Positions 1-10,300 of a DNA stretch of 64,000 nucleotides are shown piece by piece; positions within the stretch are counted from its first letter, which is position 1; each line of letters starts with the position of its first letter. The stretch is from Bacteroidota bacterium (GTDB taxonomy: Bacteria; Bacteroidota; Bacteroidia; UBA8524): contig SBGR01000061.1 in assembly GCA_006226545.1 (NCBI GenBank), positions 122 to 64,121 on the forward strand, given 5' to 3'. The notes beneath the pieces are model-generated. The model did not search any database, was not told the origin of the DNA, and saw only the letters and a list, made by a program, of their open reading frames with translations. The position numbers and the translations under genes were made by a program.

Positions 1-49
1 GCTAAATCGGATTTGAAAAACCATCGCTAACACCCATTCAGAAAAAAAG

Positions 50-57
50 TAATTTTG
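50..57 (+). promoter_or_regulatory. Candidate Bacteroidetes sigma-A -7 box (TAATTTTG) upstream of the flippase gene
   Basis: Exact TAnnTTTG match (TAATTTTG) 7 nt upstream of the first ATG at 64. Identical octamer recurs upstream of two other genes in the window. Confidence 0.4.
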
Positions 58-63
58 AGCCGA

Positions 64-1521
64 ATGGCTTCGCGTTTCCTCTCCAACTTTTCTTTCAGCC
101 TGGTATTGAACCTACTTGTGAAGCTGTTCTGGGTATTCCAGATTGAGGTTACCGTGCAGAATGTTTTGGGCACGGAAGCTTACGGACGTTATTTTGAAGC
201 CTTTCAGTTTGCCTATATCTTCTTCATTCTATTAGACCTCGGCATCAGTAATTACAATAACCGCACGGTGGCGGGAGATGCGAGTAAACTGACTTCTTTG
301 TTTCCTTCCATGTTGGCCTTGAAACTGATCCTCGGACTGGTTTACATCGCTTTTTTGGCGGGAGCTGCGCAAGTGATGTCGTACGATGCAGAAGCACAAA
401 GACTTATTCTTTTTGTTGGAGTGAATCAGGCATTGATGTCGCTGATGCTATTTCTGCGATCCAACGTAAGTGGACTCCACCTTTACAAAACAGATGCGGT
501 GCTGTCCGTTTTAGATAGGTTGGTGATGGGACTTATCTGTGCGGCCATGTTATTCCTGCCTTGGCTCGATTCGTTTAGCATAGATCATTTCCTCTGGGCC
601 CAATTTATCGGCTATGCCACTGCCGTACTTTTGGCTTTTGTCACCTTGTTCAACAAAGGCATTCAACCGAAGCTGGTATTCAAGTTCAGCCTGCTTAAAG
701 ACATCCTACATAAGTCGTACACCTTCGCCCTGCTCTTCTTTTTAATGGGTTTGTATACCCGGGTGGATTCGGTGATGCTCGGAAGATTGCTGGAGAACGG
801 TGAGTTTGAAACGGGTTTGTATGCTTCGGCTTTCCGCATTTTAGATGCCGCCATCATCTTTACGGTTTTGCTTTCCAATTTGCTGCTTCCCATGTTTTCT
901 CGCTTTTTAGCGAAGGGTGAAGACCCGGCTCCTTTGGTTCGCGAGAGCTACCGCGTGGTGTTGGTGGTGGCCACCATCTTGCCTTTGGCTACCTGGTTTT
1001 TTAGCGATGAGTTATACGCCTTGATGTACAAACACAATCAAGAGGCCGGCGGACCATTATTTGGGTTTCTGATGTTGAACTTTATCCCGATGGCCTTTGG
1101 CTATATCTTCGGTACTTTGCTTACCGCCAAAGGAGAGATGAAGCTCTTAAACCTGATAAGCGTGGGTGGTTTGGCCTTGAACCTGGCCTTGAATTTCTGG
1201 CTTATTCCAAAACACGGAGCGATGGGCGCAACCGCAGCTACCATCCTGACTCAGAGCCTTGTAACTATATCGACTATCTACTTCACTTGTCGGTTTTTTA
1301 AGCTGGGTATATACGATTTCCTCTCTATTCGGGTTATTAGTTTTGTAGTTTCTAGCATAGGGGTATTTTACCTCGTAGCTAAACTGGAATGGTCGCTTTG
1401 GCCAAGCTTGGTTTTAGCCGGATTAGGAGCTGCTGCGATGAGCTTATTGTTTCGGGTTTTCAACTGGCGCGAGTTGCTGGATATGATTCGTCTTGGAAAA
1501 GGGAGCTCATCTACCACTTAA
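64..1521 (+). CDS. Polysaccharide biosynthesis protein, Wzx-like oligosaccharide flippase (multi-TM)
   Basis: About 485 aa, highly hydrophobic with roughly 12-14 predicted TM helices; typical polysaccharide-biosynthesis/MOP-flippase architecture. ORF track starts at TTG 55; first ATG at 64 is the more likely start. Confidence 0.65.
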   Translation: MASRFLSNFSFSLVLNLLVKLFWVFQIEVTVQNVLGTEAYGRYFEAFQFAYIFFILLDLGISNYNNRTVAGDASKLTSLFPSMLALKLILGLVYIAFLAGAAQVMSYDAEAQRLILFVGVNQALMSLMLFLRSNVSGLHLYKTDAVLSVLDRLVMGLICAAMLFLPWLDSFSIDHFLWAQFIGYATAVLLAFVTLFNKGIQPKLVFKFSLLKDILHKSYTFALLFFLMGLYTRVDSVMLGRLLENGEFETGLYASAFRILDAAIIFTVLLSNLLLPMFSRFLAKGEDPAPLVRESYRVVLVVATILPLATWFFSDELYALMYKHNQEAGGPLFGFLMLNFIPMAFGYIFGTLLTAKGEMKLLNLISVGGLALNLALNFWLIPKHGAMGATAATILTQSLVTISTIYFTCRFFKLGIYDFLSIRVISFVVSSIGVFYLVAKLEWSLWPSLVLAGLGAAAMSLLFRVFNWRELLDMIRLGKGSSSTT

Positions 1522-1526
1522 AAATG

Positions 1527-1534
1527 TAATTTTG
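1527..1534 (+). promoter_or_regulatory. Candidate -7 box TAATTTTG upstream of Wzz-like gene
   Basis: TAATTTTG 17 nt upstream of ATG 1551, in the 29-nt gap after the flippase stop. Confidence 0.35.
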
Positions 1535-1550
1535 CGCCAATTGTTTCGCG

Positions 1551-2561
1551 ATGTCCCAAAAGAATACCGAGTTTGATTTTAGTTTGGTGGAGGTAGTACG
1601 CTTCACCTTGAAGTGGAAATGGCATATTGCCATCATCACCGTTTTATCCGGAATAGCTGCTGCCGTATTCTCTGGTCCGCAGTTCATCACTCCGAAGTTT
1701 GAGAGTAAGGTAGTTTTCTATCCAACCACCATCAACTCCATCTCCAATGCCATCTTATCGGATGCGACTTTAAAGGAGACCGACGTTTTGGAGTTTGGTG
1801 AAGAGTCGGAAGCGGAGTACGCTTTGCAGATTTTGAATTCGGCGCCATTGATGGGCAAGGTAGTTCAGCGTTTCGATCTGATGAACCATTATGAGATTGA
1901 TCCTAACAGCGGCTACCCACAAACCAAATTGGCCGATGAAATTCGCCGCAACTTCAACTTCAAACGCACCGAACTTTTGTCGATAGAGATTTCGGTATTG
2001 GATAAAGACCCGCAGATGGCGGCCGATATCGCTAACTATATCTCTGCCGTTCTGGATACCACCAAAACCGAGATTCAACGTCAGGTTGCACAGAAGGCTT
2101 TCGACATCATCGCTCAAGAATACGAAGCCAAGCAAAAGGAGGTTGAGAACTTGCAAAACAAGATCAACCAGTTAACAGCAGGAAGCTCAGCTACTAGCAA
2201 TCCTTTCGCTAGAAAAAATAAAAAAGCTGCACGCCAAGATGCCTTAAGTAATGCCGCGGAATTAGGGGCAGGAGAAGGGAACTTGGGTACCATCTTACGA
2301 CTCACAGAGGGCCTTAGCTTGGAAGTGGAGCAACTTCAAAGCCTCAAAAAGAAATACGAAAAAGCGAAAGTGGATTTGGAAGAGTTTGTTCCACACCACT
2401 TTGAAATTAGCCCGGCCACACCGGCTGAGCGAAAAACCAAACCGGTACGTTCACTCATCGTTTTGGCTGCTACAGGTTCGGGTTTCTTGTTTGCGCTTTT
2501 CATCATCATCGTATTGGAGCGCTTACGTCAATCGCTTAAAACGCTTAAGGAGGAAAACTAG
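1551..2561 (+). CDS. Wzz-like polysaccharide chain-length determinant protein
   Basis: N-terminal TM (HIAIITVLSGIAAAVF), long coiled-coil periplasmic region, C-terminal TM (LIVLAATGSGFLFALFIIIVL). Wzz/PCP topology. Stop overlaps the next gene's GTG start (TAGTG). Confidence 0.55.
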   Translation: MSQKNTEFDFSLVEVVRFTLKWKWHIAIITVLSGIAAAVFSGPQFITPKFESKVVFYPTTINSISNAILSDATLKETDVLEFGEESEAEYALQILNSAPLMGKVVQRFDLMNHYEIDPNSGYPQTKLADEIRRNFNFKRTELLSIEISVLDKDPQMAADIANYISAVLDTTKTEIQRQVAQKAFDIIAQEYEAKQKEVENLQNKINQLTAGSSATSNPFARKNKKAARQDALSNAAELGAGEGNLGTILRLTEGLSLEVEQLQSLKKKYEKAKVDLEEFVPHHFEISPATPAERKTKPVRSLIVLAATGSGFLFALFIIIVLERLRQSLKTLKEEN

Positions 2562-3997
2562 TGCTTTCCAAAGCCAGTTTGCGGTGGTTTTACGGTGCCG
2601 GCCTAGGCTTTATTGCCCTGACGGTTCTGGGATTGCTGGCGGGTTTTCCGCTGGTTTATATCTTGCCGCTTGCGCTGTTGCTGGCTTTATTGGCTATCGT
2701 TTCTTCAGATAAGCTCCTTTACCTTACCGCCTTCTTGGTGCCGCTTTCGGTCACCGTTCACGACCTTGGCATGGGAGCCGGCATGAACTTGCCAACAGAG
2801 CCCTTGGTGATTGGCCTTATGCTCATCGCCATCTTCAAATTTGCTTTAGAAGGATTTAAGGATCAGGCCTTCTTAAAGCATCCCTTAACGCTACTTATCC
2901 TCTTCAATACAGCTTGGATATTGCTCACCACCTTTACGAGTACCATGCCGTTGGTATCGCTCAAGTTCTTCATTGCGCGTACCTGGTATATTATTGTATT
3001 CTACTTTTTTGCTTCACGCCTGTTTCAGTCGCTGGATAATATCAAACGGTTTTGGTCGATCTTGTTGTATTCAGCAGCTGCCGTGGTTTTGTTTGTGGTA
3101 GCGAGGCATAGCACATTTGGTTTTACGCGCGACAGCGTAACTACGGTGATACAACCTTTCTTCTGGATTCACGGTGTATATGCGGCCATGGTGGCTTATT
3201 TCATGCCCATCATGTTGGTATTCTTTATTGAAGGGAAGGCTTTATCGTTTTCGCCACTTCGCCGGAGCTTCTTTTTATTTTTCTCAGCCCTCTTTGCCTT
3301 TGCTGTGGTCTACAGCTATACCCGAGCAGCTTGGCTGAGTATCTTGGCAGCGATGGCGGCCTTGGTGGTGATTCTCATTCGCGTTAAGCCGGTGTGGATT
3401 TATTCGGTAAGTATCGTGGCTGTCTTGGGTCTCAGCTACTACCAAGGCGATATTTTAATGAAGTTGTCGCGCAACAAGACCGGCTCCAACTCCAAAAACA
3501 TGGAGAAGCATTTGCAGTCGGCCACCAACATTAAAAATGACCCTTCCAATCTGGAGCGCCTAAACCGTTGGAGCTGTGCATACCGCATGTACCAAGACAA
3601 ACCGATTTTGGGATTTGGTCCGGGCACCTATATGTTCCAGTACGCACCCTACCAGCTTTCGTATCAGAAAACGGTAATCAGCACCAACTTTGGAACATTA
3701 GGACATGCGCACAGCGAGTTTTTGGGTCCGCTGGCCGAGGGAGGCTTCATTGGCATGTTGAGTTGGTTGCTCATTTTTATCTATGCCTGTATTCGGGCTT
3801 TGTGGTTGAGCTATTATGCTAAAAGCAGGGAAGTGAGGGCTATAGCGATGGCATTGTTGCTCGGATTCCTGACCTATTTCGTTCACGGATTCCTTAATAG
3901 TTATTTTGATTACGATAAAATTGCGGTGCCTTTCTGGGCCACGCTTTCTATACTGGTAGTGCTAGATACCAAGGAAAAGCGCGAATTGCAGCAGTGA
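2561..3997 (+). CDS. O-antigen ligase / Wzy-like polymerase family membrane protein
   Basis: 478 aa, about 10-12 TM helices with a large loop in the C-terminal half, as in O-antigen ligase/Wzy_C proteins. GTG start coupled to upstream stop. Confidence 0.55.
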   Translation: MLSKASLRWFYGAGLGFIALTVLGLLAGFPLVYILPLALLLALLAIVSSDKLLYLTAFLVPLSVTVHDLGMGAGMNLPTEPLVIGLMLIAIFKFALEGFKDQAFLKHPLTLLILFNTAWILLTTFTSTMPLVSLKFFIARTWYIIVFYFFASRLFQSLDNIKRFWSILLYSAAAVVLFVVARHSTFGFTRDSVTTVIQPFFWIHGVYAAMVAYFMPIMLVFFIEGKALSFSPLRRSFFLFFSALFAFAVVYSYTRAAWLSILAAMAALVVILIRVKPVWIYSVSIVAVLGLSYYQGDILMKLSRNKTGSNSKNMEKHLQSATNIKNDPSNLERLNRWSCAYRMYQDKPILGFGPGTYMFQYAPYQLSYQKTVISTNFGTLGHAHSEFLGPLAEGGFIGMLSWLLIFIYACIRALWLSYYAKSREVRAIAMALLLGFLTYFVHGFLNSYFDYDKIAVPFWATLSILVVLDTKEKRELQQ

Positions 3998-4043
3998 TTC
4001 CTTTTTCTTTTTTGAAATCCCGTTAAATTGCGACGGATTTAGC

Positions 4044-5315
4044 ATGAAAAAAGACAAGCAGATTTTCGACCTCATTGAGAAGGAATTAGAACGCCAAGAA
4101 GAAGGCATTGAGTTAATTGCTTCAGAGAATTTTGTGAGCAAGCAGGTGATGAAAGCCATGGGCTCCGTGCTCACCAACAAGTATGCGGAAGGCCTTCCGG
4201 GCAAACGTTACTACGGTGGATGTGAGGTAGTGGATCAGGTGGAACAATTGGCCATCGACCGCGTGAAAGAACTTTTCGGAGCTGCTTGGGCTAACGTACA
4301 GCCGCATTCGGGCGCTCAAGCCAATGCTGCAGTGATGTTAGGTGTATTGCAACCGGGCGATAAAATCCTGGGTTTTGACTTGTCGCATGGCGGTCACTTA
4401 ACACACGGTTCTCCGGTGAATTTCTCCGGTAAACTGTATGTGCCTAGCTTCTATGGTGTAGAAAAAGAAACCGGCACCATCGATTTCAATAAAATTGCTG
4501 AAACAGCTAAAAAAGAACAGCCGAAGCTTATCATCTGTGGAGCTTCTTCGTATTCCAGAGACTGGGATTATAAAACCTTAAGAGAGATTGCCGATTCTGT
4601 AGGCGCCTTGCTTTTGGCGGATATCAGTCACCCAAGTGGCCTAATCGCTACCAAGTACTTAAACAATCCGCTTCCACATTGCCATATCGTCACTTCTACC
4701 ACGCATAAAACCCTTCGCGGACCACGCGGTGGTGTTATTATGATGGGCGAAGACTTTGAGAATCCTTGGGGCTTGAAAACGCCTAAAGGAGAAACCAAAA
4801 TGATGTCGGCCATTCTGGATGGCGCTGTATTCCCGGGCACCCAAGGTGGTCCATTGGAGCACGTGATTGCCGCTAAAGCAGTAGCCTTCGGTGAGGCCTT
4901 AACTCCGGAGTATAAAGAATACTGCGGTCAAGTTATCCGTAATGCTCAAGCGATGGCCAAAGCCTTTGTTGAGAAAGGGTACGAGGTTATTTCGGGCGGA
5001 ACCGATAACCATTTGATGTTGATCGACCTTCGCTCGAAAGAATTGAACGGTAAACTGGCTGAAAACACCTTGGTGAAAGCGCATATTACCATCAACAAGA
5101 ACATGGTTCCGTTTGATGATAAGTCGCCGTTTGTTACCTCTGGCATGCGCATCGGCACGCCGGCTATTACCTCTAGAGGAATGGTGGAGAAGGATGTGGT
5201 TGAAGTAGTAAATTTGATTGATGAAGCCCTGATGAATCATGCTGATGATGAGGCTTTAGCGAAGATTGGCAAGAAGGTGAATAAGTTCATGAAGAACTTC
5301 CCGCTTTACGGCTAA
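4044..5315 (+). CDS. glyA: Serine hydroxymethyltransferase
   Basis: Canonical SHMT N-terminus (LIASENFVS...[18 protein letters not shown]) and PLP-lysine region ([14 protein letters not shown]). Confidence 0.95.
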   Translation: MKKDKQIFDLIEKELERQEEGIELIASENFVSKQVMKAMGSVLTNKYAEGLPGKRYYGGCEVVDQVEQLAIDRVKELFGAAWANVQPHSGAQANAAVMLGVLQPGDKILGFDLSHGGHLTHGSPVNFSGKLYVPSFYGVEKETGTIDFNKIAETAKKEQPKLIICGASSYSRDWDYKTLREIADSVGALLLADISHPSGLIATKYLNNPLPHCHIVTSTTHKTLRGPRGGVIMMGEDFENPWGLKTPKGETKMMSAILDGAVFPGTQGGPLEHVIAAKAVAFGEALTPEYKEYCGQVIRNAQAMAKAFVEKGYEVISGGTDNHLMLIDLRSKELNGKLAENTLVKAHITINKNMVPFDDKSPFVTSGMRIGTPAITSRGMVEKDVVEVVNLIDEALMNHADDEALAKIGKKVNKFMKNFPLYG

Positions 5316-5381
5316 GCTGATCATCAAGTAGTACTTTCAAAGGTTTTTCTTCTTTTCACGGGGCGCTCCAAGAAAAGCAAT

Positions 5382-5389
5382 TAATTTTG
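5382..5389 (+). promoter_or_regulatory. Candidate -7 box TAATTTTG upstream of FNR-like gene
   Basis: TAATTTTG 6 nt upstream of ATG 5395. Implies a leaderless or near-leaderless mRNA, as is common in Bacteroidetes. Confidence 0.35.
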
Positions 5390-5394
5390 CGGCC

Positions 5395-6093
5395 ATGGAT
5401 ACGTGGTATCAATGTGAGGTGCTTGAACGCAAGCCCCTGAGCAATAGTGTAATATCTTTGAAACTGGCCTATGCTGCCAGTCATACTTTTCTTCCTGGGC
5501 AATTCGTAATGCTTGATTTGCCCATTTCTGGCGATTTTTCAACGCGTAGCTATTCTATCGCTTCTGCTCCCAATACGGAGGGCTGGATTGAGCTCTGTAT
5601 TGTATTAAAACAAGACGGTGCAGGTACTCCTTATTTGTTTGAAGATGTACAAGCGGGCTCTGTTTTGAAGGTCAGCGATGCCCAAGGTCGGTTTATTATC
5701 GAAGACGGTGAAGAACCGGTTTGTTTGATCTCTACCGGCACGGGAATAGCGCCTTTCAGAAGTTTCATTCAGCATGTTCAGAACAGAGGAATAGACCGTG
5801 AAGTTCACCTGATTTTCGGGAATAGAACAGAATCGGATATTCTGTATGAAGCGGAATGGAGTCAGCTGGTAGAAGCGGGAAAACTCTCATTTTATCCGGT
5901 GCTTTCCAGAGCTTCTGAATCGTGGTCAGGTGTAAAAGGCTATGTGCATGAAGTCTACCCGAAATTGGCGGAGTCTAACCCAAATTGGATCTTCTACCTC
6001 TGCGGTTGGAGCACCATGGTGAAGGAAACAAAGAACAACTTGAAAGCCTTGGGCTTCTCTCGCAAACAGCTTAAGTTTGAACTTTACGACTAA
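5395..6093 (+). CDS. Ferredoxin-NADP reductase-like FAD/NAD(P)-binding oxidoreductase
   Basis: RSYSIAS FAD-binding motif (RxYS), GTGIAPFRS NAD(P)-binding motif, 232 aa two-domain FNR fold with no ferredoxin domain. Confidence 0.7.
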   Translation: MDTWYQCEVLERKPLSNSVISLKLAYAASHTFLPGQFVMLDLPISGDFSTRSYSIASAPNTEGWIELCIVLKQDGAGTPYLFEDVQAGSVLKVSDAQGRFIIEDGEEPVCLISTGTGIAPFRSFIQHVQNRGIDREVHLIFGNRTESDILYEAEWSQLVEAGKLSFYPVLSRASESWSGVKGYVHEVYPKLAESNPNWIFYLCGWSTMVKETKNNLKALGFSRKQLKFELYD

Positions 6094-7115
6094 TGCCGGG
6101 AAGTCTCAGAGATAGCTTGAATTACGCGAGTAAGTGGACCCTTCGCAAAGCGTGGAATGCCGGCCTGGTATACGCTTCGTACCATTGGTCGAAGGCCACA
6201 AAAAATGCGAAGCATTGGGGTCAGCCCATTAGCTTGAGTATAGAGCCCACAACTTCGTGTAATTTACGTTGTCCGCAATGCCCAAGTGGCCTCCGTTCGT
6301 TTACGCGACCGAAGGGTATGTTGCAAGGCGATTTGTTTCAGCAATTGATTGATGATCAAGCGGCGACTTTAACATACCTGACGCTTTATTTTCAGGGTGA
6401 ACCTTTCTTAAATCCGGATTTTCTTTCGATGGTGAAGTATGCCTCCGGTAAAGGAATTTACACCGCCACAAGCACCAATGCACACTACCTTACAGATGCT
6501 GTATGCGATAACATTGTACAGTCGGGTTTAGACCGATTGATTATCTCCATTGACGGGGTGGATCAGGAGGCATATGGTAAATACCGTTTGGGTGGAAAAC
6601 TGGACAAAGTATTGGATGGAACTCGAGCGATGATGAATGCTAAAAAGCGAGCAAAAGGCAAGGGTCCATTTGTGATTTGGCAGTTTATTGTTTTCGCTCA
6701 TAACGAGCATCAATTGCCTGATATAAAGCGTTTAGCGAAGGAATACGGCATTGATCAATTGGCTATAAAAACGGCGCAGATTTACGATTTCGAAGAGGGA
6801 AGTGATCTACTACCTCAACAGGAAAAATACAGTCGTTATGAGATGGTCGCAGCCGGGTTCAGAATCAAGAATAAATTACTCAACCATTGCTGGCGAATGT
6901 GGCAAGCCTGTGTCATCACTTGGGACGGTCTGGTTGTTCCCTGTTGCTTCGACAAAGATGCTACCCACCGCATGGGTGATTTGAAACAAACAAACTTCAA
7001 AGACATTTGGAATTCAGTCCCTTATCAAAACTTTAGAAATTCAGTATTGAAGGGTCGTTCAAACATTGATATCTGTCGCAACTGCACCGAAGGAACCAAA
7101 GTCTGGGAAGCCTGA
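6093..7115 (+). CDS. Radical SAM enzyme with C-terminal SPASM-type Cys-rich domain
   Basis: CNLRCPQC (CxxxCxxC) radical SAM cluster motif, GEPFLNPDF SAM-binding-like motif, and a C-terminal Cys cluster (CWRMWQAC...PCCFDKD...CRNC) typical of SPASM/twitch auxiliary clusters. ATG overlaps upstream TAA (TAATG). Confidence 0.75.
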   Translation: MPGSLRDSLNYASKWTLRKAWNAGLVYASYHWSKATKNAKHWGQPISLSIEPTTSCNLRCPQCPSGLRSFTRPKGMLQGDLFQQLIDDQAATLTYLTLYFQGEPFLNPDFLSMVKYASGKGIYTATSTNAHYLTDAVCDNIVQSGLDRLIISIDGVDQEAYGKYRLGGKLDKVLDGTRAMMNAKKRAKGKGPFVIWQFIVFAHNEHQLPDIKRLAKEYGIDQLAIKTAQIYDFEEGSDLLPQQEKYSRYEMVAAGFRIKNKLLNHCWRMWQACVITWDGLVVPCCFDKDATHRMGDLKQTNFKDIWNSVPYQNFRNSVLKGRSNIDICRNCTEGTKVWEA

Positions 7116-7327
7116 GGCAACGTTTGAATCACAAACCGGCTCTTTTTTATACAACCGCTCTAGGAAGCTTTGGGACAGCCAGTTGTGTAAATTATTTGTG
7201 CGCAGATGGAATTTCCCGTGATTAGTGGCACTTGGTCGAAATAAATATTGACCTTCAGCTGTTAATTAATTAACTTCGAGATATTGTTGTTTTTAAGTTT
7301 TTGACAGATAGTACTTTTAAAGCGCGT

Positions 7328-10300
7328 ATGAAAAAAATTCTACTTTTTCTCTTTGTGGTGATGTCACTCTTTGTGACGCGTGAAGCCGAGGCTTCGCACG
7401 TTATGGGTAGTGATATCGTTTACCGTTGTAAAGGAAATGGTAAGTATGAAATTACATTGAGGGTTTATCGGGATTGTAACGGTATTCAGGTATCGCAGGC
7501 CCCGGTAACAGCTCGTTGTAGTTCATCCACAGTTAGTATCACAGCTCAAACTAAAGTATCCGTTCGAGATATTACAGGTATTGATGCTCGTTGTCCGATT
7601 CAATCCCGTTGTAGCGGGTCTTTCCAGTATGGTGTTGAAGAACACATTTGGAAAATGGAAGTTGACTTGAGTAGCTATAGCTGCTGCGAGTGGACCTTGT
7701 CTTGGGAGCAGTGCTGCCGTAACGGTAACATTACTACTGGACAGGCCAACCAGAACTTCTTTACCACAGCAACGTTGAACAAATGTGTTACGCCTTGTAA
7801 CAGTTCACCAGATTTCACCAACCCTCCGGTAGCGATCATTTGCGCTAACCAGGATTTCGTGTTTAACAATGGTGCCTTGGATACCATTGATGCTGGTGAC
7901 TCATTGAGCTACTCACTTGTTCCGGGCTTACAGAGTTTGAACAATAACGTGACCTATACCGGTCAGTTTTCACCAACTCGTCCTTTGACCTTCTTTGGTT
8001 TCCCTAACCAGAACTTACAGTGGCCTGCCGGTTTCCGTTTGGATCCAACCACAGGTGACTTGTTGTTCCGTCCTACTCAGGTTAACCAGGTAGCGATTGT
8101 GGTAATTGAGGTTAAAGAATGGCGTCTGGTCAATGGGCAGATGCAAGTCGTCGGGCGAACGCGAAGGGACATGCAGATTATTGTCGTCTCGTGTCCGAAC
8201 AACAACGTACCAACCATCGATCCACCATACAGTGTTCAGGCTTGTGCCAACCAGCAGAAGTGTATCAACATTGTGACAGACGACGATGATCCGGGTGATA
8301 CGGTTCGTATTTCTTGGAACCGAGGTATTCCGGGTGCCACCTTTACGAATAACAATGGTCAGCAACGTTTGGCTACAGGCCAAGTTTGTTGGACTCCAAC
8401 AGATGCTCACGTATCGAATATTCCATACACTTTTACCGTCACGGCGAGGGATGATGCCTGCCCATTAGCGGGTCAGGCGGTCCGGGCCTTTAGTATCTTT
8501 GTCCGAGAAACGCCAAAAGCGGATCGGAACATACAAGTACTGAATTGCGGTAAGGTAGCTTTAAGCTATACGCCACTGAAAACCTATTCTGGTTTGACAG
8601 CGAGTTGGGTTATTCGAGATAGTCTGAACCGAGGCGTTTGGTCAGGAAACTCACAAACGGATACGGCATTCTTACAGCCGGGTGTTCACCGTGTATTCCT
8701 AACCTTACAAACCTCTACACCTTGTATTAACATTCTCTTCGACTCGATTATCGTTCCGGAGTTTGTGCAAATTCAGGTTCCTACAGACACCTTCGTTTGT
8801 GCGGGTAACCAACTTAATTTGAACTCTACCACCATCAACGGTGATGCTCCATACGAGTACCTCTGGACTCAAATTGATGAGACACAGTCGCCGGTGGATT
8901 CGCCAAGTACCGACCCTAATTTGAGTCTATTACCGGATTCAACGGTGAGGTATGTATTGCGTGTCAAAGACGATAATGGCTGTTATAACTGGGATACGGC
9001 AACGGTGCACTATTCTCCGTTACCACCGGTAAATGCCGGACTCGACGAGCGTGTTTGTAAAAATACATTTGTAACATTTGATGCAGGTAACGATACCATG
9101 ACATTGTCTTACCTCTGGTCTAATGGTGATACTACACGTGCCATTAGTGTTCAAGACAGTAATGCTTATGTGGTTCGGGTAACTGATTCCATGGGTTGTG
9201 TTAATAGAGATACCGTTAACCTGTTTGTGAACTCGGCAAAACCGGAATTAGGTAATAACCGAAACATTTGTGAAAACGATACAATCACCTTGTATGCGAC
9301 AAATGCAGATAGCTATTCATGGTATAACTTATCCGGATTTACAACCAGCCCATTGCCTCCTTCCATTGGAACAGGTGCAAGCTACTTTACTACCATAACT
9401 CAAAGTGTTGGGTTTGTTGTAAAAGGAGTTCAGACTTACCAAGGAGTTTCGTGTGAAGGTTTTGATACGGTAAGGGTTACAATGAATCCGCTTCCTGAGA
9501 TTTTCTTGAACCCTCAAGGACCGCATTGTGAAGACGTTAAGTTTGTCAACCTAGCTACCTATGTTCAGTATCCAACCTTAACCAATGGAACGTGGCGCAG
9601 TGAGCCTAACGCTACTTTGGTTAACAATAACCAGTTTAACGTAGACTCTTCCGGCGCAACACCAGCCGGATCACCTGGATTCCGTGTAGTTTACCGTGTA
9701 ACTGACAACAGGGGTTGCTCTAATGAAGCAGCGACTTTTGTGGATGTTGTTGCAAAACCTACCATCGTATTAAAGGATTTGGATGTTTGTGGAGACTTTG
9801 GATTATTAGCCTTAAACAACTTATTAACTACTCCACTACCAGGTGGTCAGATAGGAAACACCTTCTCATGGAAGAGTGCTGATAATTTGACGGTTGTTAA
9901 CAATAATATTAATACTATTAATCCGCTGGATCAGAAGCTTAACATCGCTAACCTTCCTCAAGGTGTTACTTATAGGTTATTGTATTCATTCACCAACAAT
10001 ACCACAACGTGTTCGAATACAGGTATTGCGAATGTGAGGGTAAATACGGTTCCAAATACTGATGCAGGTATACTAACACCTAAATGCTGGAATGAAGGTA
10101 TCGTAGATCTAAGCAGCGCTAATCCAAGCCCTGCGGGTGGTACGTGGTCTGTCTCTGTAGCAACTCCGGCTGCGCAAGCCGGTTTCTCAAATGGTATGTT
10201 CAATCCGACAGCCATCAATGCAGCTCAGTTTACAGCACAGAACTACTACTGGTTTAAGTATTCTTATACAAGTCCAGAAGGATGTAGCAAAGCGGACAGT

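Noticed and set aside
7205-7243. 12-codon ORF (MEFPVISGTWSK) between the radical SAM gene and the T9SS type B gene as a possible precursor peptide
   Set aside because: Too short, lacks Cys/Gly-rich core or leader features, and no conservation evidence. Noted only as something to re-examine if the radical SAM turns out to be a RiPP maturase.
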